The notes beneath the pieces are model-generated. The model ran no database searches and was not told the DNA's origin. It was given only the letters and a program-made list of their open reading frames with translations. This document shows, piece after piece, positions 1-9,153 of a stretch of DNA of 64,000 nt. The position numbers and the translations under genes are program-made. Position 1 is the first letter of the stretch. Each line of letters begins with the position of its first letter. The stretch covers positions 1,054,001 to 1,118,000 of the forward strand of contig OZ374563.1 in NCBI GenBank assembly GCA_977862235.1. The letters are read 5' to 3'. This DNA is from Dudresnaya verticillata (lineage: Eukaryota).

Positions 1-1654
1 TCCCGGCGGTTGCAGAGCTTGAAAGGCCTTCAACACCCGTGTCCATGTGCGAAGAGTTCGGGGTTGTAGCTTTTGTAGAGCTTGGTGTCCCCATTTGGTC
101 TGTATTGCTCTTCGACGCAGCCTGGCGGGAACGAGAGGCGCTAGCAGACCGCGACTTGGCTGGTGCCTTCCGAGCTTTTGCTGGTTTCGCCCTGTTTTGG
201 GGCTTTTTGTCAACCGGGACAGCGGAGGAGCCAGAAGCTGTAGCTTTTTGAGCTTTTGGTTGCCTCTTTCGATTTGAAGTCGGCTTTCTCGGCTCCCTCC
301 CAGGCTTCTTGGATGCTTCTTTGCTCACCCGACCCTTGGACGGCTTCAGCTCAACATTTCGCAGTCCCTCACTTTCCTTCTCTGCGTTAGTTGAAGCCTC
401 GCGATAGACCTTTTTCGCTTCCGTACCCATTGGTTTGCGGTTACGATCCGGGTCCTTGCGACACGCCTGGCAGTCCCAGGTCCCGAGCCTCCTCGCAAGA
501 CGTAGCAAGCCAACGTCTCTCACCTTTCCTGCACACTTAAAGCACAATCCCATATCACAAGTCCCAGAATATGTATTGATACATTTGAACATGTCCGAGA
601 CATTTGAATCAATTAGGCAATACTGGCAGAACGTGGCTCCAATTCGCTTGCCGGGAACAGGCTTAGACCTAGAATTAAGCATTGGATTCGCTCCATCTGC
701 AACGTTCGAGGGCACGACTTTCGAAGGCTGAGGTACTGAAGCGGGTTTGGTCCCATTTTCAGGTGTTGAAGCGCCCGTGGTTCCATTCTGAGATACTGAA
801 GCGACTCTGGTCCCGTTCTGAGGTCCCGAAGCTGCTGTCGTCGCATTACGAGGTGCTGAAGCGGCTCTGGTCGCATTACGAGGTGCTGAAGCGGCTCTGG
901 TCGCATTACGAGGTGCTGAAGCGGCCTTGTTCACATTCTGCCTTCTATGCACCGCTTTTGCTATCTTCTTTTGGACTGGCAAAGAGCCCACGGCCGAAGG
1001 CGGGGGACTTGGTGGGATTTGTTGTCCATGAACGGGTGCAGTAGGATTGGAGATAGCTGTAGCCTGCGGAGCATGCTGAGCGATCAGCTGTGCCACAAGG
1101 GGAGCGCAAGCAGGGTCTCGGAGTGCAGGGTTGAGCGTGAGCAGCTGCATGATGGGGCTTGAAGCGATCAGCTGTATTTGTGCAACATTGGCCAGCATGT
1201 TTGTCATTGATTGTTGCTGTTGCCCATACTCATTAAACAACGGTGGTTGCCCATACTCATTGAGTGACGGTTGGTGCCCATATCCATTCGTAAAAGATTG
1301 TTGGGCATAGCCGTTAACTTGCGGCTGTCCACTGACTAGCGGTTGCTGTGCTAGCGTATTTTGCGATAGTTGCTGCGGATGCACTGGGTTTGTGGGATGA
1401 TGCTGAAGATAAGCTAATCCAGGCGGCAGCTGCTGCTGAAGGTGGGGTTGGTGGTGACAACTTGGTTGAGTTGGAAGCCTAGCGCGACCAGCTAGGCGCG
1501 GGTCTCTCGTCAGAGGCGTCGCCACATTGGCAACCGAAGGCTGGCTTTGGGAAGAGATTGGGGCGGGCGCAGCACTTCCGAGAGGTTGAGATGTGGAGGG
1601 GCCTCGAACAGAATTGGTCCTCGATGCTGAGGCTGGATGCGGCAGACGGCTCAT
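1..1654 (-). CDS. Array gene copy 1 (3' end outside window): low-complexity protein with atypical PHD/ADD-like C8 zinc finger
   Basis: Same sequence as the intact copies. ATG at 1654 in context ACCATCATGA. Has the frame-preserving C4 run at 89-92 and no 10-bp duplication. Confidence 0.7.
   Translation of the reverse strand, partial: MSRLPHPASASRTNSVRGPSTSQPLGSAAPAPISSQSQPSVANVATPLTRDPRLAGRARLPTQPSCHHQPHLQQQLPPGLAYLQHHPTNPVHPQQLSQNTLAQQPLVSGQPQVNGYAQQSFTNGYGHQPSLNEYGQPPLFNEYGQQQQSMTNMLANVAQIQLIASSPIMQLLTLNPALRDPACAPLVAQLIAQHAPQATAISNPTAPVHGQQIPPSPPPSAVGSLPVQKKIAKAVHRRQNVNKAASAPRNATRAASAPRNATRAASAPRNATTAASGPQNGTRVASVSQNGTTGASTPENGTKPASVPQPSKVVPSNVADGANPMLNSRSKPVPGKRIGATFCQYCLIDSNVSDMFKCINTYSGTCDMGLCFKCAGKVRDVGLLRLARRLGTWDCQACRKDPDRNRKPMGTEAKKVYREASTNAEKESEGLRNVELKPSKGRVSKEASKKPGREPRKPTSNRKRQPKAQKATASGSSAVPVDKKPQNRAKPAKARKAPAKSRSASASRSRQAASKSNTDQMGTPSSTKATTPNSSHMDTGVEGLSSSATAG
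731..925. repeat. Coding 30-bp minisatellite, ~6.5 copies (ASAPRNATRA-type); present in every unit
   Basis: AGGTGCTGAAGCGGCTCTGGTCGCATTACG at period 30, perfect on the right and degenerate on the left. Confidence 0.95.
1219..1318. repeat. Degenerate coding 27-bp repeat, ~4 copies (NGYAQQSFT/NGYGHQPSL/NEYGQPPLF/NEYGQQ); present in every unit
   Basis: GTTGCCCATACTCATT recurs at period 27; the protein has N(G/E)Y(G/A) every 9 aa. Confidence 0.85.
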
Positions 1655-2161
1655 GATGGTGGATATCTTTTCGATAGGTTCGACAAGATCAATTACGCCG
1701 AAGCAATCACGTAGATGCACCTATTGAGGTTTGTTGCAAACTCTTCACCCTCGGTCAAGGGCTGGGCGTTTTGATAAGGCGAGGTGGTAGGGTTCTAGAG
1801 CACTCGAGAAGAGGTTTTGAATAGCTCCACACAGTGCCTTCTTTGAGTTCGAGCTTGGGAAGGGCGAGGAGAGGTTGAGGACTGTTCAGACTGTATGCTG
1901 AATTTTACTCAATACGGTGGGTGTGAGTGAGGTCGTTGTTGTAAGTCTATTGAAAGTTTGCTTTGATGGATTCAATTTGAAGTATACAGACGAAAGAAGA
2001 GTTGCAATTTGACGCGCAGTGCATGTGGATTGTCCTTGTTTTAGTGGGATGTTTTCATGATCTCGATTCATCTGACAATAACGCAATAATGCTTTCTGTT
2101 GTAACGTGGTATACGCGGAAGACCACGATTGTCTTGAGTTGGGAAGCACGGTTTCTTTTAT

Positions 2162-2238
2162 GAAGGATAATGCGGCGGGTGAAGCGGCGGAACGGGAAGC
2201 CATCCCGTTCTCATAACGCACCCGCCGCTTTATCCTTC
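2162..2238. other. 77-nt imperfect inverted repeat/hairpin; present in every unit
   Basis: GAAGGATAAtGCGGCGGGTG (2162-2181) pairs with CACCCGCCGCtTTATCCTTC (2219-2238), 19/20 bp. Inner stem GAACGGGA (2190-2197)/TCCCGTTC (2203-2210). Confidence 0.85.
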
Positions 2239-3108
2239 CCTACGCACTCTCCCCTGTTAGTCGGCCACCCACTCCCTTCCGTCAGCCACAACCTCCATAA
2301 GCCTCGACCAGGACATCGTTCTCTACAGCTCGTTGTAGGCACCTGAGCTGAGTCAGGAGGGAGTCACACTAGAATGTAGCAATTGGCATACCTGCGCTCC
2401 GCGGCGAGCTGTTGGCCAAAGTTTGGTACCTGCGCTGATCTACTGTACCACTCTAAATGCCGCCTCCGCCCGCCGACCGTTCCAGCGCTAATGCGCCACA
2501 CAACACGCCTGCCACAACTGCTCAACCGCCGCAACGCCCAAACGCTTTGAACTTCAGGAGTCATCTCATCGCTGTTGACTCTGACTCAGCGAGGAAGGAT
2601 TTTGACTCAGCACTTCGCAACATTCTACGTGGACGGCAGCGAGGGATATAGTTATCAAATCCTGCTGTCCAGAACTAATCCAAGACCTTGTCTTCTAAAA
2701 ACGGTTCGCTAAGGTGCCATACGCGTTGGACGAGATCCAGAGCAATGAGTATGCAGGGAAGATGGCTGGCTGAATGTATGCCATTGCGCTGGAATCGCTG
2801 CTGTTTTCAATGACGATGTGGACAAGACCGCTGTTGGTTTAGTTGTTCGTAGTTGGTAACGCTGCTGCTGGTGAAGCCAAGGTGCATAAGCAAGGTGCAG
2901 AGAACTCTTCATTAACTATTGCTACCGCTATTGTCAGAGATGACACTACGGATGTACACGGCGATACTGACGATTTTCCGGAGTAGGCGCCAAGGGTGGT
3001 CGAGATAGCTGTGGATGGCGCGGGTGCAGTGAAAACTCTCATGAAGGATTGCGCAGCGGGGAGTGCTGATATCAGGTTATTAAGCTTGGCCCAGAAAAAG
3101 TAATGTTT

Positions 3109-3114
3109 TTTATT
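3109..3114 (-). promoter_or_regulatory. Candidate polyadenylation signal AATAAA for the array gene (same position in each unit)
   Basis: TTTATT on the + strand, ~405 nt downstream of the stop codon, in the most AT-rich patch of the unit. Confidence 0.35.
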
Positions 3115-3205
3115 AAATCTATTCACAAGTCAGTGCCGCAAGTTATCTCTTTTTGCGACAAGCATGTTGTCACCCTTTCCGTCGGGGCTGATTTGAGCCC
3201 TTGGC

Positions 3206-3293
3206 TTGTTATTGGCCCGAGGTGTAGCCGAGGGCCAATAACAACCCTCGGGCTCTACTGTAGAGAACTCGGGCTCTACTGTACTGTAGAGAA
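3206..3293. other. 13-bp perfect inverted repeat followed by two palindromic direct repeats; present in every complete unit
   Basis: TTGTTATTGGCCC (3206-3218)/GGGCCAATAACAA (3232-3244), then CTCGGGCTCTACTGTAGAGAA (3247-3267) and a 5-bp-longer copy (3268-3293). Confidence 0.85.
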
Positions 3294-3518
3294 CACAACG
3301 AAAAAGGTGCCCGTGACGGGTAAGCCACGAGACACTTGCAGCTGCGTTTGCAAGCTCCGCTTGCTACACTTAGCGAGACAATATCAAGTCAGCGTTAGTT
3401 CTTTTACCGCTTGTAGCTACAGAGCCTACCCATTAGGGGAGGAGGCCGCGCCAATGTGCCCCAGCTGGCTGGAAAATACCATTGTTTCACTCGAGGAAAC
3501 TTCTTCCTACCTGTAACA

Positions 3519-5405
3519 CTACCACAAGAAGCTAGGATCGACAAAATTCTTACTCAGCAGATCAGACTCTAAGATGTCTTCCACGTTCAATGCGGAAAGT
3601 ACATGGGCCTGATCAACAATCCCCGTTGGCGTCCGAGATTCATTGCCGTTGCTGGCAACTTGGGATGCAACCTGTGGATTGCGACCACTCTGGCGACGGG
3701 CCGCTGCAATGCTCTGGGATGAACTCCCATCTTGGGAACGAGGAATAGAAGTCCCGGCGGTTGCAGAGCTTGAAAGGCCTTCAACACCCGTGTCCATGTG
3801 CGAAGAGTTCGGGGTTGTAGCTTTTGTAGAGCTTGGTGTCCCCATTTGGTCTGTATTGCTCTTCGACGCAGCCTGGCGGGAACGAGAGGCGCTAGCAGAC
3901 CGCGACTTGGCTGGTGCCTTCCGAGCTTTTGCTGGTTTCGCCCTGTTTTGGGGCTTTTTGTCAACCGGGACAGCGGAGGAGCCAGAAGCTGTAGCTTTTT
4001 GAGCTTTTGGTTGCCTCTTTCGATTTGAAGTCGGCTTTCTCGGCTCCCTCCCAGGCTTCTTGGATGCTTCTTTGCTCACCCGACCCTTGGACGGCTTCAG
4101 CTCAACATTTCGCAGTCCCTCACTTTCCTTCTCTGCGTTAGTTGAAGCCTCGCGATAGACCTTTTTCGCTTCCGTACCCATTGGTTTGCGGTTACGATCC
4201 GGGTCCTTGCGACACGCCTGGCAGTCCCAGGTCCCGAGCCTCCTCGCAAGACGTAGCAAGCCAACGTCTCTCACCTTTCCTGCACACTTAAAGCACAATC
4301 CCATATCACAAGTCCCAGAATATGTATTGATACATTTGAACATGTCCGAGACATTTGAATCAATTAGGCAATACTGGCAGAACGTGGCTCCAATTCGCTT
4401 GCCGGGAACAGGCTTAGACCTAGAATTAAGCATTGGATTCGCTCCATCTGCAACGTTCGAGGGCACGACTTTCGAAGGCTGAGGTACTGAAGCGGGTTTG
4501 GTCCCATTTTCAGGTGTTGAAGCGCCCGTGGTTCCATTCTGAGATACTGAAGCGACTCTGGTCCCGTTCTGAGGTCCCGAAGCTGCTGTCGTCGCATTAC
4601 GAGGTGCTGAAGCGGCTCTGGTCGCATTACGAGGTGCTGAAGCGGCTCTGGTCGCATTACGAGGTGCTGAAGCGGCCTTGTTCACATTCTGCCTTCTATG
4701 CACCGCTTTTGCTATCTTCTTTTGGACTGGCAAAGAGCCCACGGCCGAAGGCGGGGGACTTGGTGGGGTTTGTTGTCCATGAACGGGTGCAGTAGGATTG
4801 GAGATAGCTGTAGCCTGCGGAGCATGCTGAGCGATCAGCTGTGCCACAAGGGGAGCGCAAGCAGGGTCTCGGAGTGCAGGGTTGAGCGTGAGCAGCTGCA
4901 TGATGGGGCTTGAAGCGATCAGCTGTATTTGTGCAACATTGGCCAGCATGTTTGTCATTGATTGTTGCTGTTGCCCATACTCATTAAACAACGGTGGTTG
5001 CCCATACTCATTGAGTGACGGTTGGTGCCCATATCCATTCGTAAAAGATTGTTGGGCATAGCCGTTAACTTGCGGCTGTCCACTGACTAGCGGTTGCTGT
5101 GCTAGCGTATTTTGCGATAGTTGCTGCGGATGCACTGGGTTTGTGGGATGATGCTGAAGATAAGCTAATCCAGGCGGCAGCTGCTGCTGAAGGTGGGGTT
5201 GGTGGTGACAACTTGGTTGAGTTGGAAGCCTAGCGCGACCAGCTAGGCGCGGGTCTCTCGTCAGAGGCGTCGCCACATTGGCAACCGAAGGCTGGCTTTG
5301 GGAAGAGATTGGGGCGGGCGCAGCACTTCCGAGAGGTTGAGATGTGGAGGGGCCTCGAACAGAATTGGTCCTCGATGCTGAGGCTGGATGCGGCAGACGG
5401 CTCAT
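3519..5405 (-). CDS. Array gene copy 2, intact, 628 aa: putative nuclear chromatin-associated zinc-finger protein
   Basis: Open frame of 1.95 kb. The track start at 5471 is a GTG just after a TAG; the first ATG is 5405 (A at -3). Cys pattern CxxC-x11-C-x7-C-x4-CxxC-x18-WxCxxC at 4212-4379, followed by basic NLS-like stretches. Thr variant at 4768. Confidence 0.8.
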   Translation of the reverse strand: MSRLPHPASASRTNSVRGPSTSQPLGSAAPAPISSQSQPSVANVATPLTRDPRLAGRARLPTQPSCHHQPHLQQQLPPGLAYLQHHPTNPVHPQQLSQNTLAQQPLVSGQPQVNGYAQQSFTNGYGHQPSLNEYGQPPLFNEYGQQQQSMTNMLANVAQIQLIASSPIMQLLTLNPALRDPACAPLVAQLIAQHAPQATAISNPTAPVHGQQTPPSPPPSAVGSLPVQKKIAKAVHRRQNVNKAASAPRNATRAASAPRNATRAASAPRNATTAASGPQNGTRVASVSQNGTTGASTPENGTKPASVPQPSKVVPSNVADGANPMLNSRSKPVPGKRIGATFCQYCLIDSNVSDMFKCINTYSGTCDMGLCFKCAGKVRDVGLLRLARRLGTWDCQACRKDPDRNRKPMGTEAKKVYREASTNAEKESEGLRNVELKPSKGRVSKEASKKPGREPRKPTSNRKRQPKAQKATASGSSAVPVDKKPQNRAKPAKARKAPAKSRSASASRSRQAASKSNTDQMGTPSSTKATTPNSSHMDTGVEGLSSSATAGTSIPRSQDGSSSQSIAAARRQSGRNPQVASQVASNGNESRTPTGIVDQAHVLSALNVEDILESDLLSKNFVDPSFLW

Positions 5406-7269
5406 GATGGTGGATATCTTTTCGATAGGTTCGACAAGATCAATTACGCCGAAGCAATCACGTAGATGCACCTATTGAGGTTTGTTGCAAACTCTTCACC
5501 CTCGGTCAAGGGCTGGGCGTTTTGATAAGGCGAGGTGGTAGGGTTCTAGAGCACTCGAGAAGAGGTTTTGAATAGCTCCACACAGTGCCTTCTTTGAGTT
5601 CGAGCTTGGGAAGGGCGAGGAGAGGTTGAGGACTGTTCAGACTGTATGCTGAATTTTACTCAACACGGTGGGTGTGAGTGAGGTCGTTGTTGTAAGTCTA
5701 TTGAAAGTTTGCTTTGATGGATTCAATTTGAAGTATACAGACGAAAGAAGAGTTGCAATTTGACGCGCAGTGCATGTGGATTGTCCTTGTTTTAGTGGGA
5801 TGTTTTCATGATCTCGATTCATCTGACAATAACGCAATAATGCTTTCTGTTGTAACGTGGTATACGCGGAAGACCACGATTGTCTTGAGTTGGGAAGCAC
5901 GGTTTCTTTTATGAAGGATAATGCGGCGGGTGAAGCGGCGGAACGGGAAGCCATCCCGTTCTCATAACGCACCCGCCGCTTTATCCTTCCCTACGCACTC
6001 TCCCCTGTTAGTCGGCCACCCACTCCCTTCCGTCAGCCACAACCTCCATAAGCCTCGACCAGGACATCGTTCTCTACAGCTCGTTGTAGGCACCTGAGCT
6101 GAGTCAGGAGGGAGTCACACTAGAATGTAGCAATTGGCATACCTGCGCTCCGCGGCGAGCTGTTGGCCAAAGTTTGGTACCTGCGCTGATCTACTGTACC
6201 ACTCTAAATGCCGCCTCCGCCCGCCGACCGTTCCAGCGCTAATGCGCCACACAACACGCCTGCCACAACTGCTCAACCGCCGCAACGCCCAAACGCTTTG
6301 AACTTCAGGAGTCATCTCATCGCTGTTGACTCTGACTCAGCGAGGAAGGATTTTGACTCAGCACTTCGCAACATTCTACGTGGACGGCAGCGAGGGATAT
6401 AGTTATCAAATCCTGCTGTCCAGAACTAATCCAAGACCTTGTCTTCTAAAAACGGTTCGCTAAGGTGCCATACGCGTTGGACGAGATCCAGAGCAATGAG
6501 TATGCAGGGAAGATGGCTGGCTGAATGTATGCCATTGCGCTGGAATCGCTGCTGTTTTCAATGACGATGTGGACAAGACCGCTGTTGGTTTAGTTGTTCG
6601 TAGTTGGTAACGCTGCTGCTGGTGAAGCCAAGGTGCATAAGCAAGGTGCAGAGAACTCTTCATTAACTATTGCTACCGCTATTGTCAGAGATGACACTAC
6701 GGATGTACACGGCGATACTGACGATTTTCCGGAGTAGGCGCCAAGGGTGGTCGAGATAGCTGTGGATGGCGCGGGTGCAGTGAAAACTCTCATGAAGGAT
6801 TGCGCAGCGGGGAGTGCTGATATCAGGTTATTAAGCTTGGCCCAGAAAAAGTAATGTTTTTTATTAAATCTATTCACAAGTCAGTGCCGCAAGTTATCTC
6901 TTTTTGCGACAAGCATGTTGTCACCCTTTCCGTCGGGGCTGATTTGAGCCCTTGGCTTGTTATTGGCCCGAGGTGTAGCCGAGGGCCAATAACAACCCTC
7001 GGGCTCTACTGTAGAGAACTCGGGCTCTACTGTACTGTAGAGAACACAACGAAAAAGGTGCCCGTGACGGGTAAGCCACGAGACACTTGCAGCTGCGTTT
7101 GCAAGCTCCGCTTGCTACACTTAGCGAGACAATATCAAGTCAGCGTTAGTTCTTTTACCGCTTGTAGCTACAGAGCCTACCCATTAGGGGAGGAGGCCGC
7201 GCCAATGTGCCCCAGCTGGCTGGAAAATACCATTGTTTCACTCGAGGAAACTTCTTCCTACCTGTAACA

Positions 7270-9153
7270 CTACCACAAGAAGCTAGGATCGACAAAATTC
7301 TTACTCAGCAGATCAGACTCTAAGATGTCTTCCACGTTCAATGCGGAAAGTACATGGGCCTGATCAACAATCCCCGTTGGCGTCCGAGATTCATTGCCGT
7401 TGCTGGCAACTTGGGATGCAACCTGTGGATTGCGACCACTCTGGCGACGGGCCGCTGCAATGCTCTGGGATGAACTCCCATCTTGGGAACGAGGAATAGA
7501 AGTCCCGGCGGTTGCAGAGCTTGAAAGGCCTTCAACACCCGTGTCCATGTGCGAAGAGTTCGGGGTTGTAGCTTTTGTAGAGCTTGGTGTCCCCATTTGG
7601 TCTGTATTGCTCTTCGACGCAGCCTGGCGGGAACGAGAGGCGCTAGCAGACCGCGACTTGGCTGGTGCCTTCCGAGCTTTTGCTGGTTTCGCCCTGTTTT
7701 GGGGCTTTTTGTCAACCGGGACAGCGGAGGAGCCAGAAGCTGTAGCTTTTTGAGCTTTTGGTTGCCTCTTTCGATTTGAAGTCGGCTTTCTCGGCTCCCT
7801 CCCAGGCTTCTTGGATGCTTCTTTGCTCACCCGACCCTTGGACGGCTTCAGCTCAACATTTCGCAGTCCCTCACTTTCCTTCTCTGCGTTAGTTGAAGCC
7901 TCGCGATAGACCTTTTTCGCTTCCGTACCCATTGGTTTGCGGTTACGATCCGGGTCCTTGCGACACGCCTGGCAGTCCCAGGTCCCGAGCCTCCTCGCAA
8001 GACGTAGCAAGCCAACGTCTCTCACCTTTCCTGCACACTTAAAGCACAATCCCATATCACAAGTCCCAGAATATGTATTGATACATTTGAACATGTCCGA
8101 GACATTTGAATCAATTAGGCAATACTGGCAGAACGTGGCTCCAATTCGCTTGCCGGGAACAGGCTTAGACCTAGAATTAAGCATTGGATTCGCTCCATCT
8201 GCAACGTTCGAGGGCACGACTTTCGAAGGCTGAGGTACTGAAGCGGGTTTGGTCCCATTTTCAGGTGTTGAAGCGCCCGTGGTTCCATTCTGAGATACTG
8301 AAGCGACTCTGGTCCCGTTCTGAGGTCCCGAAGCTGCTGTCGTCGCATTACGAGGTGCTGAAGCGGCTCTGGTCGCATTACGAGGTGCTGAAGCGGCTCT
8401 GGTCGCATTACGAGGTGCTGAAGCGGCCTTGTTCACATTCTGCCTTCTATGCACCGCTTTTGCTATCTTCTTTTGGACTGGCAAAGAGCCCACGGCCGAA
8501 GGCGGGGGACTTGGTGGGGTTTGTTGTCCATGAACGGGTGCAGTAGGATTGGAGATAGCTGTAGCCTGCGGAGCATGCTGAGCGATCAGCTGTGCCACAA
8601 GGGGAGCGCAAGCAGGGTCTCGGAGTGCAGGGTTGAGCGTGAGCAGCTGCATGATGGGGCTTGAAGCGATCAGCTGTATTTGTGCAACATTGGCCAGCAT
8701 GTTTGTCATTGATTGTTGCTGTTGCCCATACTCATTAAACAACGGTGGTTGCCCATACTCATTGAGTGACGGTTGGTGCCCATATCCATTCGTAAAAGAT
8801 TGTTGGGCATAGCCGTTAACTTGCGGCTGTCCACTGACTAGCGGTTGCTGTGCTAGCGTATTTTGCGATAGTTGCTGCGGATGCACTGGGTTTGTGGGAT
8901 GATGCTGAAGATAAGCTAATCCAGGCGGCAGCTGCTGCTGAAGGTGGGGTTGGTGGTGACAACTTGGTTGAGTTGGAAGCCTAGCGCGACCAGCTAGGCG
9001 CGGGTCTCTCGTCAGAGGCGTCGCCACATTGGCAACCGAAGGCTGGCTTTGGGAAGAGATTGGGGCGGGCGCAGCACTTCCGAGAGGTGATGTGGAGGGG
9101 CCTCGAACAGAATTGGTCCTCGATGCTGAGGCTGGATGCGGCAGACGGCTCAT
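7270..9153 (-). CDS. Array gene copy 3, intact, 627 aa (in-frame 3-bp deletion removing one Gln)
   Basis: gaggtgatgt near 9088 versus gaggttgagatgt in other copies. Thr variant at 8519 shared with copy 2. Confidence 0.8.
   Translation of the reverse strand: MSRLPHPASASRTNSVRGPSTSPLGSAAPAPISSQSQPSVANVATPLTRDPRLAGRARLPTQPSCHHQPHLQQQLPPGLAYLQHHPTNPVHPQQLSQNTLAQQPLVSGQPQVNGYAQQSFTNGYGHQPSLNEYGQPPLFNEYGQQQQSMTNMLANVAQIQLIASSPIMQLLTLNPALRDPACAPLVAQLIAQHAPQATAISNPTAPVHGQQTPPSPPPSAVGSLPVQKKIAKAVHRRQNVNKAASAPRNATRAASAPRNATRAASAPRNATTAASGPQNGTRVASVSQNGTTGASTPENGTKPASVPQPSKVVPSNVADGANPMLNSRSKPVPGKRIGATFCQYCLIDSNVSDMFKCINTYSGTCDMGLCFKCAGKVRDVGLLRLARRLGTWDCQACRKDPDRNRKPMGTEAKKVYREASTNAEKESEGLRNVELKPSKGRVSKEASKKPGREPRKPTSNRKRQPKAQKATASGSSAVPVDKKPQNRAKPAKARKAPAKSRSASASRSRQAASKSNTDQMGTPSSTKATTPNSSHMDTGVEGLSSSATAGTSIPRSQDGSSSQSIAAARRQSGRNPQVASQVASNGNESRTPTGIVDQAHVLSALNVEDILESDLLSKNFVDPSFLW

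Noticed and set aside
731..925. 30-bp repeats as a CRISPR array
   Set aside because: The repeats are contiguous with no unique spacers, stay in frame within the long ORF, and no cas genes are present.
1477..1497. 7-bp inverted repeat GCCTAGC/GCTAGGC
   Set aside because: Short, inside coding sequence and compatible with chance.
3100..3200. Spliced-leader, snRNA, 5S or tRNA gene at the retroelement target
   Set aside because: Expected by analogy with CRE/NeSL/R2 targets, but I could not recognise such a sequence or a clear Sm site. An Infernal/Rfam scan is needed to exclude it.
3103..3516. 137-aa plus-strand ORF, and its 175-aa fusion version at 48856-49383
   Set aside because: It runs through palindromes and direct repeats and has no domain-like features. 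The fusion is a chance product of the antisense insert.
2457..3518. Alternative genetic code (TAA/TAG = Gln) joining the spacer ORFs
   Set aside because: The very Gln-rich main ORF and the retroelement ORF contain no in-frame TAA/TAG, and TGA stops also interrupt the spacer frames.
3587..4913. Many 65-128-aa ORFs overlapping the main gene (repeated in each unit)
   Set aside because: Antisense or alternative-frame shadows of a long low-complexity ORF, several with non-ATG starts and no recognisable motifs. Their recurrence only reflects the array.
5406..5471. GTG start giving a 650-aa protein
   Set aside because: In a eukaryote-like context the first ATG (5405, A at -3) is more plausible. 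The extension would only matter if there is an upstream exon.
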